In this document: piece after piece, positions 50,376-58,214 of the stretch | Layout: each line of letters opens with the position of its first letter | Numbering within the stretch: position 1 is the first letter of the stretch | Virus record (IMG/VR): IMGVR_UViG_3300042890_004365 | Coordinates: 1 to 64,000 of that record | DNA: 64,000 nt | Reading direction: 5' to 3' (one strand) | DNA from: a virus | Lineage: Duplodnaviria; Caudoviricetes | The notes under the pieces: generated by a model | What the model was told of the DNA's origin: nothing | Database searches by the model: none | Seen by the model: only the letters and a program-made list of their open reading frames with translations | Translations under genes and position numbers: made by a program

Positions 50376-51341
50376 TTATAAATCCTCTTTTATTTCTTCT
50401 TTGATATTTAACATTTTTCCAGTTTCTGGATCATAGTTCATAATCAATAATTCAATACCCTTTTCCTTATCAACACCCTCTACTTTATTCTTAATTACGG
50501 CAGATGGTCTATGAAATTCTTTTGAAGTCCAAAGATATTCGTCTCTTGGTAATAATTCTTCTAATAAAGGAAAATAGTAATATGATAATGACCATCTACT
50601 TTTAGAACTCTTTAATAATTCTAATAAACGTCTATGTGAAGAAATTCCAAAGGTGTTCTCTGTGTCACATCCATACCAAAATAATCTTCTACCATCATCA
50701 TCATTTTTTAAGTCATTAAAACGAGCGTAAGGTGGGTCTAAATACATATAAGTATCTTCTGCATCATACATTGTAATAACATCTTCAAAATCTAAATTAT
50801 GAAAGTCTGTAATTTTTTGTAATCTTTCGGTATATTTATTCTTCTCTAATTTATTGATTAAAATTAAAAGATTTAATTTGTTTGTTTTTTTCTTAAATCC
50901 AGTAAATCCACCACCTCTAGGATAAACAGAACTAAAACTTGATGTAATTAAGAATGCATAAATTGCACCTACTTTAAAATCACCAATCTCAAAGTTCATA
51001 TCGTCTAAGAAATCATTGGTAACGTAAGTTCTGTAGATTGCTTTAAAGAAATCCCATTTTTTATCTACTTCTGTTTCAGTAGTATAAAGTAAACCACCTG
51101 GTGCCAATAAGGATTTAAGTTCCACTAAGAAATCTTGTGGTTGAGAACAACATTTCATTAGATTTGCTTGATGTCTATTTCTGTCATTAAATATAACATT
51201 AGTAAACTCTAAGTTAGAATCTAAATATATTGCGAATGAGCCAGAAAAGGGCTCGATGTATGTTTTACAATCTGTTGGGATGTTAGGTGTGATAAAGGAT
51301 TGAAAGTTGGCCTTGCCCCCGAAATATGATATTACCGACAT
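50376..51341 (-). CDS. Dam-like (D12 class) N6-adenine DNA methyltransferase
   Basis: YFGGK, YIEPFSGS, YLDPPY motifs. Confidence 0.9.
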   Translation of the reverse strand: MSVISYFGGKANFQSFITPNIPTDCKTYIEPFSGSFAIYLDSNLEFTNVIFNDRNRHQANLMKCCSQPQDFLVELKSLLAPGGLLYTTETEVDKKWDFFKAIYRTYVTNDFLDDMNFEIGDFKVGAIYAFLITSSFSSVYPRGGGFTGFKKKTNKLNLLILINKLEKNKYTERLQKITDFHNLDFEDVITMYDAEDTYMYLDPPYARFNDLKNDDDGRRLFWYGCDTENTFGISSHRRLLELLKSSKSRWSLSYYYFPLLEELLPRDEYLWTSKEFHRPSAVIKNKVEGVDKEKGIELLIMNYDPETGKMLNIKEEIKEDL

Positions 51342-51384
51342 TTTTATATAGTTTTTATTGTTTATATAATTTTATTGAAAAATG

Positions 51385-51415
51385 TTTGGTATATAATTTT
51401 TTTTTATTACTTTTG
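51385..51415 (+). promoter_or_regulatory. Bacteroidota housekeeping-sigma promoter
   Basis: TTTG (51385-88), 19-nt spacer, TACTTTTG (51408-15), 22 nt before the ATG at 51438. Confidence 0.65.
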
Positions 51416-51437
51416 TCAAGATAAAAAATAGAAAAAT

Positions 51438-52580
51438 ATGCTTATATATAAAGGTATTCAATACAAACCGGGTAGTAGAGTAATTGCAAATATAGATGGT
51501 ATGCAAATTGAAGGTAAAATTCAACATGAGGACCCATACTACTATATTTGTCATAATGAACCTGAAAAATCAGGAAATCAAGCTACCAATAGACTTGGTT
51601 ATAAATTTTCTTGGGCATTTAAACAAGATTATAATGGAACACTTACTGATGGTGTTGTTATATTAGGTTTAAATGGTGTTGAAAACTTAAAAGATACATT
51701 TGAAATATCCGAAAAATTAATTACTTTTTTTCAAAGTAAGTCTATTGATATTCTTTCAATAGAAGATAAAAGAATGTTCCCAGACTATAATAAATTTGAT
51801 ATATCTGAGACAAAAGGAATGATTACATTAGTAGATTCTACAAAAAATAGAAGTACTGATTTAAAATTTGGAAGATTTTTAAATTCATTCTCTAAACAAT
51901 ATAAAGATACATTTAAAATGGATTCTTTATTTGATAATAAAAAAATAGAGAAAACTCATAATGATTATGTATCATATCAAACTGGTGATCACATTAAAGT
52001 TGAGTATTTAACCGGCAAAGAAATCTTAGAAGGATATAAAAGAGATAATTATCAATCATCTAAATCATCATTAGGTGGTTCTTGTATGACAGATAAACTA
52101 AGTTATCTAGATCTTTATACAAAAAATACTGATAAAGTCAGTATGGTTGCAATTAAAGTTTTTGATAAATTTGTTGGTAGATGTTTAGTATGGACAACTA
52201 ATTGTGGACAAAAGATAATGGATAAACCTTACATTTGTGATGAATGGGTTTTATCTAAATTTGATGAGATTAGAGAAAAAGAAGGATATCTATCATTTAA
52301 TGATGTTATCACAAACTCATCAATGAAACTATTTATTGATTTGGATACTACTGATATTGATGAGTGGCCTTATTTAGATACATTTATGTATTTAACTTTT
52401 CATCAAAAGAAAGTTATTGTTGAACAACCAGTAGGTGTTCTTCAATTAAATATATTTAATCGTAAAACAGAAGTGTTACAAGATGATTATTCTAAAGGTA
52501 TATTACAATCTTATCCACCTAGAGGTTACTCTATGAGACTTAGAACAACCAATGGTAGATATGAAGATAATAGAAATTAA
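51438..52580 (+). CDS. Phage 'SCM' family protein (host-promoter copy); paralog of 38183-39247
   Basis: SSLGGSCM, GRCLVW, IMDKPY, WPYLDT motifs. Confidence 0.7.
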   Translation: MLIYKGIQYKPGSRVIANIDGMQIEGKIQHEDPYYYICHNEPEKSGNQATNRLGYKFSWAFKQDYNGTLTDGVVILGLNGVENLKDTFEISEKLITFFQSKSIDILSIEDKRMFPDYNKFDISETKGMITLVDSTKNRSTDLKFGRFLNSFSKQYKDTFKMDSLFDNKKIEKTHNDYVSYQTGDHIKVEYLTGKEILEGYKRDNYQSSKSSLGGSCMTDKLSYLDLYTKNTDKVSMVAIKVFDKFVGRCLVWTTNCGQKIMDKPYICDEWVLSKFDEIREKEGYLSFNDVITNSSMKLFIDLDTTDIDEWPYLDTFMYLTFHQKKVIVEQPVGVLQLNIFNRKTEVLQDDYSKGILQSYPPRGYSMRLRTTNGRYEDNRN

Positions 52581-52597
52581 AAAAAGCTTAGAGAAAT

Positions 52598-53107
52598 CTA
52601 AGCTTTTTTGTCTTTAAATAAAACATCAAAAAGATTTGGTTTTTTAGTACCATTTAATTCACTTCTTATATCCATTAGGAGTTTACCTAATTTATTTTTA
52701 CCTTTACCCGCACATTTTTCACAAGTACATTGACCATAGAAATTATCGTGCCAATAATTCCCTTCAATAATCTCTTTATTTTCAGTCATTAGTAACATTT
52801 CTTTTAATGTTTCATCTTTGAACTTTTCTTTAACTGCCCATTCCATAAATCCAAATTTCTTTGAATCCCACTCAGATCTTACTTTTATAACTTTTCCTAG
52901 TTGTTTTGCTTTACCAGGTGCCATATTAGAAACTAGTTCTCTAAAATCAGCAGCAGTATAGTATTTACCATCAATCATTTGATCATTATTACACTTCATT
53001 GCAACATAGTATGTTTCAACACTATTGTAAGTAATACCTTGGTATTCTATTTTACATGGATAGAAGTTCGATAAAAAACCATACCTACCATCAAATTTTG
53101 TTATCAT
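52598..53107 (-). CDS. NADAR (YbiA-like) family protein
   Basis: FLSNFY, SVETYYVAMK, AKQLG, IIEGNYWHDNFYG, NKLGKLLMDIR motifs. Confidence 0.9.
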   Translation of the reverse strand: MITKFDGRYGFLSNFYPCKIEYQGITYNSVETYYVAMKCNNDQMIDGKYYTAADFRELVSNMAPGKAKQLGKVIKVRSEWDSKKFGFMEWAVKEKFKDETLKEMLLMTENKEIIEGNYWHDNFYGQCTCEKCAGKGKNKLGKLLMDIRSELNGTKKPNLFDVLFKDKKA

Positions 53108-53123
53108 AATTTTATATATTTAT

Positions 53124-53147
53124 AAAAAAACCCACTCAATGAGTGGG
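53124..53147 (-). terminator. Intrinsic terminator downstream of the tmRNA (CCACTCA family)
   Basis: Minus strand CCCACTCATTGAGTGGG followed by T7. Confidence 0.75.
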
Positions 53148-53157
53148 AATTTTGTTG

Positions 53158-53535
53158 TGGAGATGACGTTGTACTGCCCAACGTGTCTTTCTCAGTTAAA
53201 AATAACTATTCGTTTACAAGTTTAGTAAGTTTTTCTAAGTCTTACAAAATAATTAGTTTTTGAATCTCAAACTACTAATAAAAAGGTTTCACTTTTAAAC
53301 TGGTGAACACAGCTGTAGAATTTTTGGTGTATTAGTCTTATTTGATTAAGCTACTACTAAATCTCTGTTAGAGATCAAATTGTTTTGTAAGCAAGCTACT
53401 AAATCTTCACTTGTTCCTACTTGATTAACGTTGCCGTTTAAAAATGTACCATCTAATTTATTAATCGGTCATTGTAGGCCACCCGATACTTGCATAATCA
53501 TCCTTAGTCCGCAAATCAATTCTAAAAACACCCCC
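53158..53535 (-). ncRNA. ssrA: tmRNA (one-piece), tag (A)GNVNQVGTSEDLVACLQNNLISNRDLVVA*
   Basis: 5' GGGGGUG pairs with 3' CAUCUCC-A including G3.U70. T-arm ACGUUG-GGCAGUA-CAACGU. UGCAAGU/ACUUGUA helix 2 and AUCGG/CCGAU pk1 stem. UAAAC-GGC resume context; tag ORF 53435-53346. Confidence 0.9.
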
Positions 53536-53576
53536 AGGATTAAATATATATATTATATATTAAAAGTGTAAAAGGT

Positions 53577-54191
53577 TTAATTTCTATTTCTTTTTATATC
53601 TCTATTTATTTTACTACATAATGGTTGTAGATTACTATAATGATTAAGTTTAAATATTTCCTGTTCATTAACGGCATTTGATATTGGTATAATATGATCT
53701 ATATCCCAACCATAGTTTAATTCTCCATTATATAGACCATAGTTTTCCCAATTCATCCAATTCTCAAATTTATCTTCTAAATGTTTTTTAAAATCATTAA
53801 AATTACATCCTATTATATTTAATAATTCAATTGTCGTAGAAGTTACAAACTTACCTCTACTTAAAGATTTATTTAATCTTCTTTGAAACCCATGTTTTAA
53901 TCTGTATAAAATATCTGTTCTCATTTTCATTTTATGATATTCTCTACGTCTTATCCTGTTTTTCTCTCTACGTTCATCACTAATTATATAACTATCATTA
54001 AGTTTTTTCTTTATTATTTTTCTTCTATTCTTCTCATCATCACTTAATAGGTTTAATTTTTCTTTAATAAACTCTTTGTTTTTTAAGAAGTATAATCTTT
54101 TATATTCTTTTATACAATTTTTACATTGATTAGTACCTTTATTATATTCCTCTATAACTTTTAATTCTTCACACTTTATACATTTTTTCAT
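53577..54191 (-). CDS. HNH endonuclease, paralog of 7128-7826
   Basis: CxxC pair; WMNWENYG...GWDIDHIIP...NHYSNLQPL. Confidence 0.8.
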   Translation of the reverse strand: MKKCIKCEELKVIEEYNKGTNQCKNCIKEYKRLYFLKNKEFIKEKLNLLSDDEKNRRKIIKKKLNDSYIISDERREKNRIRRREYHKMKMRTDILYRLKHGFQRRLNKSLSRGKFVTSTTIELLNIIGCNFNDFKKHLEDKFENWMNWENYGLYNGELNYGWDIDHIIPISNAVNEQEIFKLNHYSNLQPLCSKINRDIKRNRN

Positions 54192-54244
54192 ATAAACATT
54201 TTATATTTTTGTTACTATATATATTAAAATAATAGTTTCTCCTT

Positions 54245-54409
54245 ATGGAAAATAAAAATAAAATTGCTAAAAAAAACTATAACTCAGATAAAACATTTGT
54301 ACAAATATCAAAGGAGTTACATATCAAAATAAAAGATTATTGTAAAAATAATAATATAAAAGTTAAGGACTTTTTAGAAAATACCATAAATGATAAAATA
54401 AAAAAGTGA
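54245..54409 (+). CDS. Small ribbon-helix-helix-like protein (54 aa, not in the ORF track)
   Basis: MENKNKIAKKNYNSDKTFVQISKELHIKIKDYCKNNNIKVKDFLENTINDKIKK*. TAAAC-N18-TATAT box upstream, hairpin downstream. Confidence 0.6.
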   Translation: MENKNKIAKKNYNSDKTFVQISKELHIKIKDYCKNNNIKVKDFLENTINDKIKK

Positions 54410-54430
54410 GTTATAAAAACTCACTTTTTT

Positions 54431-55708
54431 TTAGTCAAGAACATTATCAGTAAACCACTTAATAACTAACTCTTTTGGTATCACATCACCATAATACTCT
54501 GTATATTGTTCACCACCTTTTTTAATGACGTATGACGTATCATCTGTGTTGATACTATCAAAGTATTTAACATACTCTTCAAAGCTCTTAAAACGCATCC
54601 CTAATACACTCACAGAGTCGTCATTAAATATCATCATCTTATAATCATCTGGACTAATATCAATACCAAATAGATTTCCTAAATATGTATTTAATTTTTT
54701 AACATCTTTGAAATCAAATTTAACATCTTTTTGACCTTCGATTTGAACTAAAATATCATCTAAAATGGTTACTTTAATATCAACATCTTCAAACCAAGTA
54801 TTAAATACAAGAGTATCAGTGTTATATGTATCATACTCTAATGTATTTGTATGTAGTAAGTCATATTTATTTAAAATACTTTTAACTTCTTTTACAACAC
54901 TCTTATTAGAGAAACGATGTCTTGGTGCAATTTTATATTTTGGCTCAAAATAAGTTACTTTTCTTTCAGTTGGTAAGTTCTCCCAATCAATTTTACACGC
55001 GGCTTCTGCAACTTTTTTAGTGTAAGATAAATCTACATACTCTGTTTTATAGTGTTCATTCCATCCACCAGCACTAATGTTGGTACATTCTGGAATAATG
55101 TCTAAGAAAGTCGCAGTATCTGTATAATAAGCATTTGGATCTGGTTTAGATTCAACACCTAAGTTAGTTAGTTCATCTGATAAAGCATCTGCAAAATCAA
55201 TAGAACAACAAAATCTACCTTTCTGTCTTAGTACAACAGAACCTGTTTGTTTTCTATCAAATGCAACTGCTCTTTTAAATTTTTTGAAGAATTCTGGGTT
55301 TGCTTTTAAAGCATTTTGTGAACCCCATAAACCACCACTTAAAATTGGTTCTTCTCCTAAGAAGAAGTAGTAAGTTCCAGGTATTCCTTTAGAAATCATG
55401 TATAATAAAATAGACATTCCTAATTTATTATCACCACCTAATATGGTTTTTTCATCAGTTTTGATAATATCACCTTCAATAACATGATTTACTTTTTCAT
55501 ATTCGGTACAATAAGTATCTAAGTGAGTTGTGAATAATGTTTCTGAATTACCTACTTGAATATAATAGTTACCAATAGAATCTTTTTTATATCCTGTGGG
55601 TAGATATTTTTCCAATTTAGTCTCATCACCATAAGGAATTGTATATTCAGTTAGTTTCAAAAAAGTATCCTTTATATCTAAAGGATTTATACTTTCATTT
55701 TTTGCCAT
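54431..55708 (-). CDS. M28/M20-like zinc peptidase (host-promoter copy)
   Basis: FTTHLDT, LGGDNKLG, FLGEE, FDR, YTDTA, ECTNIS..NEH motifs; TATATTTG box at 55733-55726. Confidence 0.8.
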   Translation of the reverse strand: MAKNESINPLDIKDTFLKLTEYTIPYGDETKLEKYLPTGYKKDSIGNYYIQVGNSETLFTTHLDTYCTEYEKVNHVIEGDIIKTDEKTILGGDNKLGMSILLYMISKGIPGTYYFFLGEEPILSGGLWGSQNALKANPEFFKKFKRAVAFDRKQTGSVVLRQKGRFCCSIDFADALSDELTNLGVESKPDPNAYYTDTATFLDIIPECTNISAGGWNEHYKTEYVDLSYTKKVAEAACKIDWENLPTERKVTYFEPKYKIAPRHRFSNKSVVKEVKSILNKYDLLHTNTLEYDTYNTDTLVFNTWFEDVDIKVTILDDILVQIEGQKDVKFDFKDVKKLNTYLGNLFGIDISPDDYKMMIFNDDSVSVLGMRFKSFEEYVKYFDSINTDDTSYVIKKGGEQYTEYYGDVIPKELVIKWFTDNVLD

Positions 55709-55751
55709 AATTGTTTAATTTTTTACAAATATACAAAATTATTTTTAAATA

Positions 55752-56339
55752 TTAAAATGGTGCATCATCATCTTCACCATAATCTTCATCAGTATCATCA
55801 TTTAATCCTTCATCATAATAGAATCCAAATTCTAAAGTTTGACCTCTTTGACTTTCCCACATATCAAATTCTGAATCATATTGTGGTAGAATATCCATTT
55901 TTAATTTATTTAAAAGATCAAAAACATTTATTACATCACTTAATCTTTCTCTATGACCCATAGAACATCTAATAGATAAATCTAAATTATCATTAGTAAT
56001 AGATACATTTTCAATACCTTTATTTTTAAACATACCTCTTAATAGATATTTTAAGTGTTCCATATCATCATCTTCAATATCTTCATCACTTAAATCTGGA
56101 TCTCTATCACCATCTTTATTATCATAATGATCAAAGTTATGAGCTATCCCACCATAATACTCACTATCATAAAAATCTTCATCATCATCAGGTATCTCAC
56201 CTGACATATCAAAACGAGATGGTAAAGAGTTACTTTTTTTTCTAGAACCACCAGCCCAGTCATCATTCCAATCTTGATCTGTACCTTCCCAGGCATCATC
56301 ATCAACTCTTTCTGTAAATCTTTTATACTTTTGTATCAT
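55752..56339 (-). CDS. Acidic hypothetical protein with MIQKYKRFTE leader
   Basis: 195-aa Asp-rich ORF starting just after the peptidase stop. Confidence 0.7.
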   Translation of the reverse strand: MIQKYKRFTERVDDDAWEGTDQDWNDDWAGGSRKKSNSLPSRFDMSGEIPDDDEDFYDSEYYGGIAHNFDHYDNKDGDRDPDLSDEDIEDDDMEHLKYLLRGMFKNKGIENVSITNDNLDLSIRCSMGHRERLSDVINVFDLLNKLKMDILPQYDSEFDMWESQRGQTLEFGFYYDEGLNDDTDEDYGEDDDAPF

Positions 56340-56340
56340 A

Positions 56341-57717
56341 TTATTTTAATTCTATTTTGATGGTTGTTTCGTCAAAAACAACGTAAGGGTCTGCGGTTCT
56401 GTGTTTATATAATAAACCTTGTACTTGTGATAATGTATCAAAGATAGTTTTAACATCTGCAAGATCTAAATCTATTTTAATGAATATTTTATCTTGAACA
56501 CCAACTACTTTAACATCTAAACCAAATATAGATTTTTTAACAGTATCAATTAAAGTTTTATGTTTTCTTAATAATTCTTCATTTATACCTACCTTTCTTA
56601 CAGCGGGCAATTGTGACCAATTTACTTTTAAAGAAGCTTTTGCTAATTTCTCTAAATAAGTCATATTTTGTATCTCTCTAAATGTATGTTCGTTATTATA
56701 TCCAACCGATACGTTAGTACATTCTGATATATCATCGATAAATGATGCAGAATCAGTAAATACTCCTGTTGGATCAGTAGATAAATTTAATCCACTTTTG
56801 TTATATTCTTTACAAAGTGCTGTAGCAAACTCATTTGAACAACAAACTCTACCATATTGAGAAGTAATAACCGAACCAGTTTTTCTTCTATCAAAAGAAA
56901 CACATTTTTTAACATTTTTTAAAAATTCAAATGAACTATATTCACTCGCCAAATCTCTTGAACCAATACCACCTCTTTCTTCTCCAATAAAGAAGTAATA
57001 AATACCTGGTATTTTATTTTCCATCATATATAACATTACTGCTACTCCTGCTTTATCATCTGCTCCTAATATAGATGTACCATCAGTATAAATATACTCA
57101 TCACCATCTTCTATTTTTGATAATAGTTTAGTAGGTAGTTGAGTTCTATCCGCAGTATCTAAGTGAGATGTAAACATTGTAGTATCATCTCCTGCAATTA
57201 CTTTATAATAATTTCCAAATTTATCTAATTCTAAGTCTGGTAAAAACTCTAAAACTTCAGTTTCGTGACCCATTGGGTAAGTTTTTGTTACCAATGATAA
57301 GAATGTTGAACGAACATCTTTTGGATTATAAACAAATGGTTTATGTTCAATTGGTGTACCAACTGGTTGTACTGTAACTTTTACTCCTTTTTTAAGATTT
57401 ACAATAGTAGTAGAGAATTTTCTAATACTTTCTTCATCATAAACACCAGGAAAATAGCTTCTCAAAAATGTTCCTATTTTGATATATTGTCTTCTTCCAC
57501 CTATTATAGCATCAAAGAAATAATCTGAATCAGAGATATCCAATCTTGATATATTCATATCATTGGCATATTTAGACCTAGGATCTGCCATCCAGTTAAG
57601 TTCATATGCAATATAATCATCATGATCATCTTCCATTGTAGTTAGAAGTTTTACTAACCTAGCAGAAAATGCAATCTTTATCTCATCTTCATATTTCATT
57701 TTATAATCATTTGCCAT
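56341..57717 (-). CDS. M28/M20-like zinc peptidase with extra N-terminal domain (late copy)
   Basis: FTSHLDT, LGADDKAG, FIGEE, FDR, FTDSA, ECTNVS..NEH motifs. Confidence 0.8.
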   Translation of the reverse strand: MANDYKMKYEDEIKIAFSARLVKLLTTMEDDHDDYIAYELNWMADPRSKYANDMNISRLDISDSDYFFDAIIGGRRQYIKIGTFLRSYFPGVYDEESIRKFSTTIVNLKKGVKVTVQPVGTPIEHKPFVYNPKDVRSTFLSLVTKTYPMGHETEVLEFLPDLELDKFGNYYKVIAGDDTTMFTSHLDTADRTQLPTKLLSKIEDGDEYIYTDGTSILGADDKAGVAVMLYMMENKIPGIYYFFIGEERGGIGSRDLASEYSSFEFLKNVKKCVSFDRRKTGSVITSQYGRVCCSNEFATALCKEYNKSGLNLSTDPTGVFTDSASFIDDISECTNVSVGYNNEHTFREIQNMTYLEKLAKASLKVNWSQLPAVRKVGINEELLRKHKTLIDTVKKSIFGLDVKVVGVQDKIFIKIDLDLADVKTIFDTLSQVQGLLYKHRTADPYVVFDETTIKIELK

Positions 57718-57750
57718 TTAAAATGTTTTTATTTTTATTATATATTAAAA

Positions 57751-58143
57751 TTATATAGTGACTTCATGTGCGTTTTTATAATCAACCATAACTTGACCAT
57801 CATTCATACCTGGTTTTTTACTAACAAATCTACGTTTACAGTAAACTACAACAGATTTATCAACACCTTTTGCCTTACTATTATCCTTTGCAATCTCTGC
57901 AACTTTCTTAATAACTTCAGGAGTTGGTATATTATCTTTAACAACAATAACTACATGACTTCCTGGAACACCTTTTACGTGCATCCATAAATCGTCATTA
58001 TCTGCAATATTAAATGTTAAGTGGTCGTTAGACCTAGCATCTTTACCTAAATGAATAATAAATCCATCAACTTCCATTTTTTTAATATTAGGAAATTTAT
58101 CTTTTTTGGATTCATTAAATTGTTTATATTTCTTTAATCTCAT
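57751..58143 (-). CDS. Stand-alone NFACT-R (DUF814) RNA-binding domain protein with leader
   Basis: IHLGKDARSNDHLT, DLWMHVKGVPGSHVVI, VAEIA..NSK motifs; start moved to MRLKKYKQFNES. Confidence 0.85.
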   Translation of the reverse strand: MRLKKYKQFNESKKDKFPNIKKMEVDGFIIHLGKDARSNDHLTFNIADNDDLWMHVKGVPGSHVVIVVKDNIPTPEVIKKVAEIAKDNSKAKGVDKSVVVYCKRRFVSKKPGMNDGQVMVDYKNAHEVTI

Positions 58144-58168
58144 AATGTATATATTATTTATATAAAAC

Positions 58169-58197
58169 AAAAAAAGACCCAATTGGGTCTTTTTTTT
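58169..58197. terminator. Intrinsic terminator after the capsid gene
   Basis: A-tract, GACCCAATTGGGTC, T-tract. Confidence 0.75.
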
Positions 58198-58214
58198 AAT
58201 ATAATAACTAATAA

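Noticed and set aside
53158-53535. tRNA-Ala or permuted two-piece tmRNA
   Set aside because: There is no anticodon arm. The acceptor halves are in standard order about 370 nt apart, enclosing a tag ORF.
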